In this document: in pieces, positions 9,358-18,835 of the stretch
Layout of the letters: the number at the start of each line of letters is the position of its first letter
Numbering within the stretch: the first letter of the stretch is position 1
Translations under genes and position numbers: made by a program
Notes under the pieces: model-generated
The model's database searches: none
What the model saw: only the letters and a program-made list of their open reading frames with translations
What the model was told of the DNA's origin: nothing
NCBI GenBank assembly: GCA_035285125.1
Contig: JAYKHR010000048.1
Span: 64,001-128,000, forward strand
DNA from: Candidatus Sericytochromatia bacterium
Lineage (GTDB): Bacteria > Cyanobacteriota > Sericytochromatia > S15B-MN24 > JAQBPE01
DNA: 64,000 nucleotides
Reading direction: 5' to 3'

Positions 9358-10329
9358 ATGCTCGTCGAACTGGCCGCAACGGCGGCGCTGGCGCTGCCTC
9401 CCACCCACTACCAGCGCGCCCGCGAGCGGCTGGAGCGGTGGGTCTCCCAGGAGCGCGAGTTGCCCGTGCAACGCGGCGCCGAGTCCCGCGTCTTCCTGCA
9501 CCCGGACACCGCCCCGCGCGGCACCCTGGTGATGTACCACGGCTTCACGGCGGGCACCTGGCAGTACGAAATCCTGGGGGCCCAGGCCTTCCGGCAGGGC
9601 TACAACGTCTTCGTGCCGCGCATGCCCGGCCACGGGCTCAAGACCGCCACCGGGGACGAGGACCCCAGCCAGCTGCTGCGGGGGACGGCCTGGCGGCAGT
9701 ACCAGCACTTCGGCGACGAGACGGTGGCGCTGGCCCGGGACCTGGGTGGCCCGCTCTCCGTGCTGGGCCTCTCGGTCGGGGGGAACGTGGCGCTCGACGT
9801 GGCGGAGCGGCACGCAGACGTGGAGCGGGTGGTGGCCTATGCCCCGTTCCTGTGGCCACTCCACGACCGCGTGGGGCGCCTGTTCGGCATCCTGAACGGC
9901 CTGGACGCCATCTTTCCGGGGCGCGCGAGCAGCGCGTTGGATGGCATCACCCACAGCTGGGGACCTGAGTGCCGGGCAGAGACCCTGAGCGGCCAGCGGC
10001 CGGGCCACTCTTACTTTCCGGCCAGTGCCGCCTTCGCCGCTGCCGCCTACGGGCTCGCCATCGAGGAGGCAGCCCCTCGGAGCCGGGCAGACCTGCAGGT
10101 GTTCATCACGGCGGTGGACGACGCGGCCCAGGAAGCCATCATCCGGCGCGTGCATCAGCGGTGGGGTGGCCGCACCCGCGGGCTGTTCCGCTACGGCCAG
10201 GCCGAGGCGGTGCCCCACCCGATGCTCCACCCCCGCGAGGACCGCGGCCGGGGCCACACCCCGAGGCTGTACCAGATGACGCTGGACTACCTGGGTACGG
10301 GCCTGCCGCTGAACCGCGACGTGCCCTGA
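9358..10329 (+). CDS. Alpha/beta hydrolase (carboxylesterase-like)
   Basis: YHGFT oxyanion motif, PRMPGHG, GLSVGG nucleophile elbow. Confidence 0.8.
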   Translation: MLVELAATAALALPPTHYQRARERLERWVSQERELPVQRGAESRVFLHPDTAPRGTLVMYHGFTAGTWQYEILGAQAFRQGYNVFVPRMPGHGLKTATGDEDPSQLLRGTAWRQYQHFGDETVALARDLGGPLSVLGLSVGGNVALDVAERHADVERVVAYAPFLWPLHDRVGRLFGILNGLDAIFPGRASSALDGITHSWGPECRAETLSGQRPGHSYFPASAAFAAAAYGLAIEEAAPRSRADLQVFITAVDDAAQEAIIRRVHQRWGGRTRGLFRYGQAEAVPHPMLHPREDRGRGHTPRLYQMTLDYLGTGLPLNRDVP

Positions 10330-10335
10330 GGCCCG

Positions 10336-11694
10336 TCAAGCGGTGTGCAGCACGCCGTTGACCTCGCTGACGCGCGTGTAGGGCGAGCGGGACTCCACCT
10401 GGTAGAACGTCTTGTCGAAGTGGATCTGGACGCCGGGCTGGAACCCCCCGTGCGAGGCGACGAACACGGGCCGCTCGTTCGCGACGGGCGTGTCGACCCG
10501 CCGCTCGTGGAGCTCAGCCGTGTACTGGTCCAGCCTCGCCTCGATCTGGACCTTGATTTCCCGCGTCTTCTCGTAGGCGCCCGGCGGTGCGTTCGGGTTC
10601 GCCAGGATGGCGTTGAAGGTGTGGTTGACGGTCGTGAGCTGGGTGGTGAGGATCGCGATGGCCCGCTCGAGCTGCTCGATGACCTTGGCCTGCCGGCTGC
10701 GGCGCACGTCGACGTGGGTGGCCGTGCCGCCAGCCACCCCGACCTGGTCGGCCGCCACGTACTCGCCGGCCAGCACGGCCCCCCCGATGAGCTTCTTGCC
10801 GACCTTGATGGCAAGGCCCGCCGTCAGGAAGGAGTGCATCGCGGACTCCACCACCAGCAGGTTGGAGCGGGTCGTCACCGTCGACTCGGAGTCAACAAAC
10901 TTCGCCGTGACGTCGCCGTGCGCCGTGATGACGGAGTGCTGCCGCACCCCGCCCTTGACGCTGACGGCGCCCCCGGCCTCGAGGAAGGCCCCCTCGATCA
11001 CCCCGCCCACCTCGATGTCCTGGGTTGCCTTCACCGTGAAGCCCGGCAGGATGTTGCCCCCGATCTTCACGGAGCCCTGGAAGTTGATGTTGCCCACGGC
11101 GTAGTCGACGTCGCCCGACACCACCACGATGGGCTGCACGGAGACGCGTGAGCCATCCACCGTCGGCTGGCCGTCGATCAGGGCCGTGATGAACAGGCCG
11201 TCTTCTGATAGCTCGACGTTCTGGCCGGCGCGCAGCATCACGTCCTTGCCGTCCCGGCCCGCCAGCGGCTCCCCCAGCACGCTGATGCCTGGCTTGCAAG
11301 GCTGCGCCGGGGTCTTGGCCGCCAACACCTGCCCCTTGGTGACGTTCTCGATGGTGCCGAGCTCGCGATGGTCCACGCGGCCGTCGCTGAGCTCGCGCGG
11401 GCGCCCCCGGCGCTCATCGCCGCTCCGGAAGAAGTAGGTGACGGAGGCGTCCTTGCCGGGCTCCGCAGGGGCGGCCTTCGCCACCAGCATGGGCTCCGAG
11501 ATGGGGCAGAGGGAGGCCTCGGTGACCGCCTCCGCGTCGATCCCATGGACCACCCCGGCGGCGGCGAGGGCGTGTTCGATCGCCGCGCGCGACACGGGGG
11601 CCGGGGGCTCCAACGTGACGTACGCCTCGCTGGCCCGCTCCCCGAGCGTGACGTTGATCCGGACCTCGGCGGTTGGCTCCACCGCGTCAGTCAC
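10336..11694 (-). CDS. FapA/DUF342 family protein (flagellar assembly protein A)
   Basis: DGRVDHRELG..ENVTKGQVLA, GDVDYAVGNINFQGSVKIGGNI..GFTVKA. Confidence 0.88.
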   Translation of the reverse strand: MTDAVEPTAEVRINVTLGERASEAYVTLEPPAPVSRAAIEHALAAAGVVHGIDAEAVTEASLCPISEPMLVAKAAPAEPGKDASVTYFFRSGDERRGRPRELSDGRVDHRELGTIENVTKGQVLAAKTPAQPCKPGISVLGEPLAGRDGKDVMLRAGQNVELSEDGLFITALIDGQPTVDGSRVSVQPIVVVSGDVDYAVGNINFQGSVKIGGNILPGFTVKATQDIEVGGVIEGAFLEAGGAVSVKGGVRQHSVITAHGDVTAKFVDSESTVTTRSNLLVVESAMHSFLTAGLAIKVGKKLIGGAVLAGEYVAADQVGVAGGTATHVDVRRSRQAKVIEQLERAIAILTTQLTTVNHTFNAILANPNAPPGAYEKTREIKVQIEARLDQYTAELHERRVDTPVANERPVFVASHGGFQPGVQIHFDKTFYQVESRSPYTRVSEVNGVLHTA

Positions 11695-11786
11695 AGGAGC
11701 CTCCGTTCTGCAGACATGCGCGCCACCCCAGCTGACCCCATCTTACCCCCAAGCCTGGTGGCCACCGTGTGACGACCGCCGCTGGC

Positions 11787-13487
11787 TCACGCCTGGGCGG
11801 CCAGCGAGGCCATCCGCTCCGGCGCCGACACCCCGATAAGGTCCTCAAGCGCGTTGCGCAGGACCTGACGGGTGGCCGCGATCAGGGACAACCGGGCCGT
11901 CATCAGGGCCGCGTCGTCCGTCAGGACCCGGCAACTGGCGTAGAACTGGTGGAACGCCGTGGCCAGCTCCTGGGCGTACCGCGGCAACCTGTAGGGCTCA
12001 CGGGCCAGGGCCGCGGCCGCGACCTCGTCAGGGAAGCTGGCGAGCTTCAGCATCAGCTGGCGCTCGTCGGGCGCGACGAGCCTGGAGAGGTCGGCCCCCG
12101 CGAGGGCGTCCGGCGAGACGGCAGCGTCCCCGTGCTCCTGGGCGGCCATCCGCAAGATGCTGCAGATGCGCGCATGGGCGTACTGCACGTAGAAGACCGG
12201 GTTGTCGGCCGTCTCCCGCACGGCGAGGCCGAGGTCGAAGTCGAGCGTCGTGTCCGTCGAACGCATCAGCAGGAAGTAGCGCGCGGCGTCGGCGCCCACC
12301 TCGTCGATGACCTCCTGCAACGTCACCATCTCGCCCGAGCGCTTGGACATCCGCACGGGCTCACCATCTCGAAACAGGTTCACCATCTGACCGATGATGC
12401 ACTCCAGCGTGTCGGGCTTGCCGCCCAGGGCCTGCACGGAAGCGGACAGCCGGGAGACGTAGCCGTGGTGGTCGGCCCCGAGGATGTTGATCAGGCGGCT
12501 GTAGCCGCGCCGCAGCTTGTCCCAGTGGTAGGCGATGTCTGCGGCCAGGTAGGTCGGTTGGCCGTTGTCCCGCACCACGACGCGATCCTTATCGTCACCG
12601 AAGTCGGTGGAGCGAAGCCAGCGGGCCCCGTCCTTCTCGTACATGTGGCCGGTGCGCACCACGGCCTCGAGGGCCTCCGCGACGCGCCCCTCGGTATGGA
12701 GCGTCCGCTCGGAGAAGAACGCGTCGAAGTGCGTCCGCATGGCGGCGAGTGTCGCCTGCTGCAAGGCGAGCAGGTGGTCCCGGGCAAAGTCCGTCAGGCG
12801 GGCGACGCGATCGGCCTCGGGCAACGCCAGCACCCCCTCCCCCAGTTCGGCCAGGGCCGCCGCCGCCACGTCGACCATGTACTGGCCGTGGTAGCCATCC
12901 TCGGGCAACTCGACCGCCTGCCCCAGGCGCTGCCGCATGCGCACCTCGAGGGAGCGCCCCAGCAGTTGCATCTGGTTGCCGGCATCGTTGACGTAGAACT
13001 CCTGGTGAACCACATAGCCGGCGGCCTTCATCAGGTTCGCCAGGCCCGAGCCGATCGCCGCCCAGCGGCCGTGGCCGACGTGCAAGGGCCCCGTCGGGTT
13101 CGCCGAGACATACTCCAGCAGCACCCGCTCCCCACGACCGACCTCGGAGCGCCCGTAGGCGGCGCCGCCCGCGGCGATGGCCTGGAGGTTCTGCTGCAGC
13201 CAGGCGTCGGACAGCCTGACGTTGATGAAGCCGGGTGCCGCCACGGAGGCCGAGGCGATCGGGCCGCCCACGGCCAGGTGCGCGACGATGGCCTCGGCGA
13301 TCTTGAGTGGCGCCATCCGGGCCTGCCGGGCCAGCACCATCGCCACGTTGGTGGCGAAGTCCCCGTGCGAGGGATCCCGTGGCACCTCCACCCCGGGCAC
13401 CGGCGGCGCCTCGACGGGCAGCTGCCCGGCGCCGCACGCGGCGACCAGGGCCTGGTGAAGGGCGTCGGCGACGAGGGACTTCAACAT
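11787..13487 (-). CDS. argS: Arginine--tRNA ligase
   Basis: HGDFATNVAM, EYVSANPTGPLHVGHGR, GADHHGY, MSKRSG, YVQYAHAR; ATG at 13487. Confidence 0.98.
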   Translation of the reverse strand: MLKSLVADALHQALVAACGAGQLPVEAPPVPGVEVPRDPSHGDFATNVAMVLARQARMAPLKIAEAIVAHLAVGGPIASASVAAPGFINVRLSDAWLQQNLQAIAAGGAAYGRSEVGRGERVLLEYVSANPTGPLHVGHGRWAAIGSGLANLMKAAGYVVHQEFYVNDAGNQMQLLGRSLEVRMRQRLGQAVELPEDGYHGQYMVDVAAAALAELGEGVLALPEADRVARLTDFARDHLLALQQATLAAMRTHFDAFFSERTLHTEGRVAEALEAVVRTGHMYEKDGARWLRSTDFGDDKDRVVVRDNGQPTYLAADIAYHWDKLRRGYSRLINILGADHHGYVSRLSASVQALGGKPDTLECIIGQMVNLFRDGEPVRMSKRSGEMVTLQEVIDEVGADAARYFLLMRSTDTTLDFDLGLAVRETADNPVFYVQYAHARICSILRMAAQEHGDAAVSPDALAGADLSRLVAPDERQLMLKLASFPDEVAAAALAREPYRLPRYAQELATAFHQFYASCRVLTDDAALMTARLSLIAATRQVLRNALEDLIGVSAPERMASLAAQA

Positions 13488-13489
13488 GG

Positions 13490-13963
13490 TCAGGCGTTTC
13501 CTTCCGGGGTCGGGAGCGGCTGGGCCGTCCAGGCAAGGTCGAGGGTGAAGCGGCCCAGAGACAGGGCGGTCGGGTCGGCGTCCGCAGCGGCGGACGCTGC
13601 AGTGAAAAGGTCGTAGACCAGCGTCAGCTGGCCGCCGTGGGCCGTCGCCGTCCAGGCGAGCTCGTGCGTCATCACCCGGAGGACCATCTCCCCCTGGCGT
13701 CCGGCGCCAAGCGCGTACAGGCCACCGGTCCACTCGCCCTGCCGGAAATCCTGCCAGGAATTCAGCGCGCCACGTCGGTACAGCCGAACCTCGTCGCGAC
13801 CGAGCCGGAGGGTCGTGGCACAGCCCTCGTCGTCGTCGTAGAGCAGGTAGGCGACGCCCTCGCGCTCATGCCAGGTGCCGCGGTGCTCCCTGCGGGTGTT
13901 CTCGCGCAGCCCGCCATCCTCCTGGACGCTCGACACCGAGATGCAAACGGGATGCCTGCTCAT
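13490..13963 (-). CDS. DUF1934/YwiB-like beta-barrel protein
   Basis: Beta-strand-rich pattern (YLLYDDDE..TTLRL..DEVRLYRRGAL) and position directly upstream of argS, as for ywiB. Confidence 0.65.
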   Translation of the reverse strand: MSRHPVCISVSSVQEDGGLRENTRREHRGTWHEREGVAYLLYDDDEGCATTLRLGRDEVRLYRRGALNSWQDFRQGEWTGGLYALGAGRQGEMVLRVMTHELAWTATAHGGQLTLVYDLFTAASAAADADPTALSLGRFTLDLAWTAQPLPTPEGNA

Positions 13964-14439
13964 CGGTGGTAGGGCTCCAGCCGGCGGATCCGCTCCGCGC
14001 GATACAGCTGCTCGACCAGCACCACCCGGGCCAGCTGATGAGGCAGCGTCAGCCGGGAAAGACCGAGCTTCCAGGTCGAGCGGGCGAGCACCCGAGGGTC
14101 GAGCCCGTTGGCGCCGCCGATCACGAACGCCGCCTCGCGGAGCCCCTCGTGCTCCAGGCCGGCAAGCCGGGCGGCCAGCTCAGTGGAAGGAAGCTGCTCA
14201 CCCTGCTCCCACATGGCGATGACGTGCGCCTCGGGGCGCAAAGCAGCCAGGATGCGATCGCCTTCCCGGGACCTTGCGGCGGCAATCAGCGCCTCCGACT
14301 GCCCCGGATCGGCCCGCTCGTCAGGCAGCTCCACCACCTCGACGGCGCGATAGGGCGCCAACCGCTTGAGGTACTCCGCCGCAGCCGCGCGCCAGTGCGC
14401 CTCCTTGAGCTTGCCCATCGCCAGGATCGTCCAGCGCAT
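13960..14439 (-). CDS. rlmH: 23S rRNA (pseudouridine1915-N3)-methyltransferase
   Basis: GKLKE, EYLKRL, FVIGGANG, LTLPHQLARVVLVEQLYRA, PYHR. Confidence 0.97.
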   Translation of the reverse strand: MRWTILAMGKLKEAHWRAAAAEYLKRLAPYRAVEVVELPDERADPGQSEALIAAARSREGDRILAALRPEAHVIAMWEQGEQLPSTELAARLAGLEHEGLREAAFVIGGANGLDPRVLARSTWKLGLSRLTLPHQLARVVLVEQLYRAERIRRLEPYHR

Positions 14440-14648
14440 CGCCCCCCCGTCAGGTCAGGCCGGGATCTTATCACGGCCTGCGGGCCCTTGGGAGCCGCGC
14501 CCCCAGGGCCACCGCCAACCCTTAATATTTTATCCTTCCATATTTAACCTTTACTTTACCGGGGGCCGCGTGTGGCCGCCGATATAAGCGGCACGCCACA
14601 GCCGTGGGCCGGCCGGCTCACGCCCACCCGACAAGGAGCGTCCCCCCC

Positions 14649-15056
14649 ATGGGTTCCATCTCCATCGCTCGCCTGGCCGCCCGCCTCATCGGGCAGTACG
14701 ACCACAACTACAACGGCAAGATCGACCTCGAGAAGCCCAACCGGGAAGTCGAGCGGCGCGAACAGCGCCAGACGATGAACTACATCGAGTACACGACGTG
14801 GTCCAGCCGCAAGCTGTTCGAAGCCGCCGACGCCCAGGGCGACGCCGACGGCTTCGTGACACCGGACGAGTTGGCTGCGGTCATGCGCGCCTTCGACGCC
14901 AATGGCGACGACGCGCTGGACTACCGCGGCTGGTTCTGGAACCCCAAGCAGGAACTAGACCGCTTCGACGACCAGTTCGGCGAGCACCTGGTCAGCCACA
15001 TCCAGATCCCGACGAACAACCCTCCTCCGGTGCCACCGCTGCCGCCTCGTCCCTGA
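14649..15056 (+). CDS. EF-hand calcium-binding domain protein
   Basis: AAGGAG RBS; loops DHNYNGKID, DADGFVTPDE, DANGDDALD. Confidence 0.75.
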   Translation: MGSISIARLAARLIGQYDHNYNGKIDLEKPNREVERREQRQTMNYIEYTTWSSRKLFEAADAQGDADGFVTPDELAAVMRAFDANGDDALDYRGWFWNPKQELDRFDDQFGEHLVSHIQIPTNNPPPVPPLPPRP

Positions 15057-15591
15057 GGGCGCCAAAGAGGCTGAGGGCCGTGCCCGTGTAGCGACGCGTC
15101 GCCAGCCGGTGCAGGTGCGCGAGGCGCTCGGGCGCTTCGCGCTTGGCGTCGTGCTCCAGCACCAGACGACCGGTGGGGGCCACGAGCCCCTCTGCCGCGA
15201 TCCGCTGAAGCAGGGGCACCGGGTCAAGGGCGTATGGGGGGTCGAGAAACACGACGTCGAAGGCCGTGCCGGCCAGGCGCGACAGGGCCGCGTCCGCCTC
15301 GAGCGGCAGCACCTCGACGGCCAGCCCCGTGGCCGCCACGTTGGCCTCGATGACAGCGAGGGCGGCCCGGGCCCGCTCCACCAGCACCACCCGGCGCGCG
15401 CCTCGGCTGGCGGCCTCCAGGCCCACAGCGCCGCTCCCCGCGAACAGATCGAGCCACGTCGCGCCAGGCACCCAGGCTTGGAGGGTGTTGAACAGGGCCT
15501 CCCGCACCTTGCCCTGGGTAGGCCGGGTGGCCTCGCCCGCCAGCGTTTGCAGCCGCCTGCCCCGGGCTTTCCCAGCGATGATCCGCAGCAC
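14992..15591 (-). CDS. rsmD: 16S rRNA (guanine966-N2)-methyltransferase
   Basis: LRIIAGKARGR, TRPT..KVREALFN, LDLFAGSG, FLDPPY; GTG at 15591. Confidence 0.95.
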   Translation of the reverse strand: MLRIIAGKARGRRLQTLAGEATRPTQGKVREALFNTLQAWVPGATWLDLFAGSGAVGLEAASRGARRVVLVERARAALAVIEANVAATGLAVEVLPLEADAALSRLAGTAFDVVFLDPPYALDPVPLLQRIAAEGLVAPTGRLVLEHDAKREAPERLAHLHRLATRRYTGTALSLFGALRDEAAAVAPEEGCSSGSGCG

Positions 15592-15592
15592 G

Positions 15593-16477
15593 TCAGGCCT
15601 CGACGGGCTCCCCCGCCGCCACGGGGGTGTGGGCCTCCACCGCCAGCCGCCGGCCGTCGGCCCACCTGTATGGGTACAGGGCGGCCGCGACCGCAGGCGA
15701 GAGGGCGTCCAGCACGGCCGCGTACCGCAGGGGCCACGTCGGGCCCGAGGCGGACAGACGGGCCAGGAAGAAGCCCTGCACGCGCCCCCGGTGGAACAGG
15801 GGCACCACGCCGAGCGTTGCCCGCGCGAGCGGGTGGTCGGGCGGCACCGTCCCCGGCGCCAGGCACACCAGCCTGGGCTGGCCGCTGGCCAGCAGCTCCC
15901 CCCAAGCCCCCGAGCGCGGGCGCAGGGAGTCGGCCCCGGGGGGCACGCCTTCCCGCCCGACGACGGGCCACGGGGCTTGCCGGCGCATGGGCACGAGCCA
16001 GAGCTCGTCGACGCCGAGCACCTCCGCGAGGTCATCGAGCCAGGCGGAGACCTCCTCGACGGACACCTCCTCGGAGGCGAGCAGCGACGAAGCCCCGCGG
16101 AGCAGGCGGGCCTCCCGCTCGGCCTGCTCCACCCGGGCCTCGAGGCCCTCGGTGGCGAGCCGCAGCCGCAGGGCCTGCTCCTCGAGAGCCTTCTGCGTGC
16201 GCCACAGGCGCCAGACCTCCTGCGGGACGAGCCGTCCGAGGGGCCTGGCCGGGGCCACGCGCCGCCCGCGGGCAGCCACCGTGGCGGAGGCGGCCATCGC
16301 CTCGAGGGGATCGGCGATGGCGCGCTCGAGGGCCAAGGTCACGAGCCCGGCCAGGCCCCCCACCAGCACGACCAGCGCCGGCCAGGGCAGCAAGCCCCGC
16401 TGGTGGGCCAGCGCGGCGCCGGCCGCAACCAGGATGGTGCAGCAACCGGCCAGCCAGAGAGTGGTGCGAACGGTCAT
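15593..16477 (-). CDS. Membrane protein with two TM helices, a HAMP/coiled-coil-like linker and a GAF-like domain
   Basis: Two N-terminal hydrophobic segments, IADPLEAM, coiled coil LEARVEQ, GAF-like VVPLFHRGRVQGFF. Confidence 0.55.
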   Translation of the reverse strand: MTVRTTLWLAGCCTILVAAGAALAHQRGLLPWPALVVLVGGLAGLVTLALERAIADPLEAMAASATVAARGRRVAPARPLGRLVPQEVWRLWRTQKALEEQALRLRLATEGLEARVEQAEREARLLRGASSLLASEEVSVEEVSAWLDDLAEVLGVDELWLVPMRRQAPWPVVGREGVPPGADSLRPRSGAWGELLASGQPRLVCLAPGTVPPDHPLARATLGVVPLFHRGRVQGFFLARLSASGPTWPLRYAAVLDALSPAVAAALYPYRWADGRRLAVEAHTPVAAGEPVEA

Positions 16478-16577
16478 GGGGGGTCAGGGCGTGACGCGAG
16501 AAGGTGATGCGTGACACATCCTAGCAGACGACAGGCCTGCCGGCACCCCGGTCCGTGACGCCGGCCTGCGGCGGCGC

Positions 16578-16583
16578 TATAAT
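16578..16583 (+). promoter_or_regulatory. Sigma70 -10 box upstream of tatA-uvrB
   Basis: Perfect TATAAT in GC-rich context, followed by a GGAGG RBS and the ATG at 16603. Confidence 0.6.
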
Positions 16584-16602
16584 GGGCCTGGAGGTTCTCC
16601 CC

Positions 16603-16824
16603 ATGCCCAACGTCGGCCTGCCCGAACTCATGCTCCTGGCGATCGTCGCCTTGCTGGTCTTCGGGCCCAAGAAGATCCCGGAGATCGCCAACGCGCTCGG
16701 GCGGAGCATCCAGGAGTTTCGCAAGGGCTCTCGCGAGCTCGAAGACACGGTGCGGCGCGAGCTGACGGCGGCGGAGCCGTCGCGCGTGGTGGATGGCGCA
16801 CCGGATGGCCCTGCCAAGTCCTGA
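16603..16824 (+). CDS. tatA: Twin-arginine translocase subunit TatA
   Basis: [37 protein letters not shown]. Confidence 0.95.
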   Translation: MPNVGLPELMLLAIVALLVFGPKKIPEIANALGRSIQEFRKGSRELEDTVRRELTAAEPSRVVDGAPDGPAKS

Positions 16825-18826
16825 CCTCCACGCGCGGGCCGGCGACGGCGCGCTCAAGGTGGTGTCCGACTACGCCCCGAGCGGCGACCAGCCACAGGCC
16901 ATCGCCAAGCTGGTGGCCGGCCTGCAGGCCGGCGAGGAAGCGCAGACGCTGCTCGGCGTGACGGGCTCGGGCAAGACCTACACCGTCGCCAAGGTGATCG
17001 AGGCGGTGCAGCGCCCCACCTTGGTGCTCGCCCACAACAAGACGCTGGCAGCGCAGCTCTGCAACGAGCTGCGCGAGTTCTTCCCGGAGAATGCCGTCGA
17101 GTACTTCATCAGCTACTACGACTTCTACCAACCGGAGGCCTACGTGCCCCGGACGGACACCTACATCGAGAAGTCGGCCTCCATCAACGACGAGATCGAC
17201 CGCCTGCGCCACAGCGCGACCCGCAGCCTGCTGGAGCGCCGCGACGTGATCGTGGTGGCGTCCGTCAGCTGCATCTACGGCCTGGGCATGCCGGAGACCT
17301 ACCTGGAGGGTCGCCTCGAGGTGCACCTCGGTGATGAGATCCGCCGCGACGACATGCTGCGGCACCTGGTGGCGTGCCACTACGAGCGCAACGACGTGGA
17401 GCTGATGCGCGGCCGGTTCCGGGTGCGCGGCGACGTGCTCGAGATCGTGCCCTCCTTCGAGGACAACGTCTTCCGCATCGAGTTGTTCGGCGACGAGGTC
17501 GACCGCATCACCGAGATCGATCCCGTCACGGGGGAGTTGCTCGCCCAGCGCGAGCAGCTGTTCATCTACCCCGCCAAGCACTTCGTGACGCCGGAACAGG
17601 AGCTCCAGCGCGCCTTGCAGGAGCTGGAGGCCGAGCTCGCGGAGCGGGTCGCTCACTTCCAGGCCGCGGGCAAGCACGTCGAGGCCCAGCGCATCGAGAT
17701 GCGCACCCGCTACGACCTCGAGATGATGCGAGAGGTCGGCTACTGCAACGGCGTTGAAAACTACTCGCGGGTCCTCGCCGGCCGCCCGCCCGGAAGCCCC
17801 CCGTCCACCCTCCTCGATTATTTCCCTGAAGACTTCCTCGTCGTCATCGACGAGTCCCACGTCACGCTGCCGCAGTTGCAGGGGATGTACCGGGGCGACC
17901 GGGCCCGCAAGGAGCTGCTCGTCGAGCACGGCTTCCGCCTCCCGTCCGCCTACGACAACCGCCCCCTGCGCATCGAAGAGTTCTGGGAGCGCGTCGGCCA
18001 GAGGCTCTTCGTCTCTGCCACGCCGGGCGACTTCGAGGTGACGGCCAGCAGCCAGGTGGTGGAGCAGATCATCCGCCCCACGGGGCTGATTGACCCCGAG
18101 GTGGAGGTGCGGCCCATCGAGGGCCAGGTGGACGACCTCCTGGGCGCCATCCGCGAACGCATCGCCCGGGAGCATCGGGTGCTCGTGACCACGCTCACCA
18201 AGAAGATGGCAGAGGACCTCACGGAGTACATGCTCGAGCTCGGCATCCGCGTGAAGTACCTGCACTCCGACATCCAGTCGCTGGAGCGCATCGAGATCCT
18301 CAGGGACCTCCGCCTCGGGGCCTTCGACGTCCTGATTGGGGTGAACCTGTTGCGCGAGGGCCTCGACCTGCCTGAGGTCTCCCTGATGGCCATCATGGAC
18401 GCCGACAAGGAGGGCTTCTTGAGGGCCGAGCGGTCGCTCGTGCAGATGATCGGCAGGGCCGCGCGACACCCGGAGGGCCGCGTCATCATGTATGCAGACC
18501 GCATGACCGATGCCATGACCCGCGCCCTGGACGAAACGGCGCGCCGCAGAAGCAAGCAGGTGGAGTATAATCAAGCGCACGGCATCACGCCGCGCGCCAT
18601 CGTCAAGTCGTCCCGCAACCGGCTCCTGGAGAGCCTTCGAGCGGGAGACGAGGGTGGCTCCCCGACGGCGTCCGCCCCGGCGCTGTCGCCCAAAGAGACG
18701 GACAAGCTCATCAAGCAACTGGAGACGGAGATGCGTCAAGCAGCGACCGTGCTGGACTTCGAGCTGGCCGCCAAGCTGCGAGACCGCATCCGGAGCCTGC
18801 GCGACGCCGCAGGCAAGACGCCCTGA
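16793..18826 (+). CDS. uvrB: Excinuclease ABC subunit B
   Basis: [42 protein letters not shown]-terminal UVR domain. Confidence 0.99.
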   Translation: MAHRMALPSPDLHARAGDGALKVVSDYAPSGDQPQAIAKLVAGLQAGEEAQTLLGVTGSGKTYTVAKVIEAVQRPTLVLAHNKTLAAQLCNELREFFPENAVEYFISYYDFYQPEAYVPRTDTYIEKSASINDEIDRLRHSATRSLLERRDVIVVASVSCIYGLGMPETYLEGRLEVHLGDEIRRDDMLRHLVACHYERNDVELMRGRFRVRGDVLEIVPSFEDNVFRIELFGDEVDRITEIDPVTGELLAQREQLFIYPAKHFVTPEQELQRALQELEAELAERVAHFQAAGKHVEAQRIEMRTRYDLEMMREVGYCNGVENYSRVLAGRPPGSPPSTLLDYFPEDFLVVIDESHVTLPQLQGMYRGDRARKELLVEHGFRLPSAYDNRPLRIEEFWERVGQRLFVSATPGDFEVTASSQVVEQIIRPTGLIDPEVEVRPIEGQVDDLLGAIRERIAREHRVLVTTLTKKMAEDLTEYMLELGIRVKYLHSDIQSLERIEILRDLRLGAFDVLIGVNLLREGLDLPEVSLMAIMDADKEGFLRAERSLVQMIGRAARHPEGRVIMYADRMTDAMTRALDETARRRSKQVEYNQAHGITPRAIVKSSRNRLLESLRAGDEGGSPTASAPALSPKETDKLIKQLETEMRQAATVLDFELAAKLRDRIRSLRDAAGKTP

Positions 18827-18835
18827 AGGCGAGTC

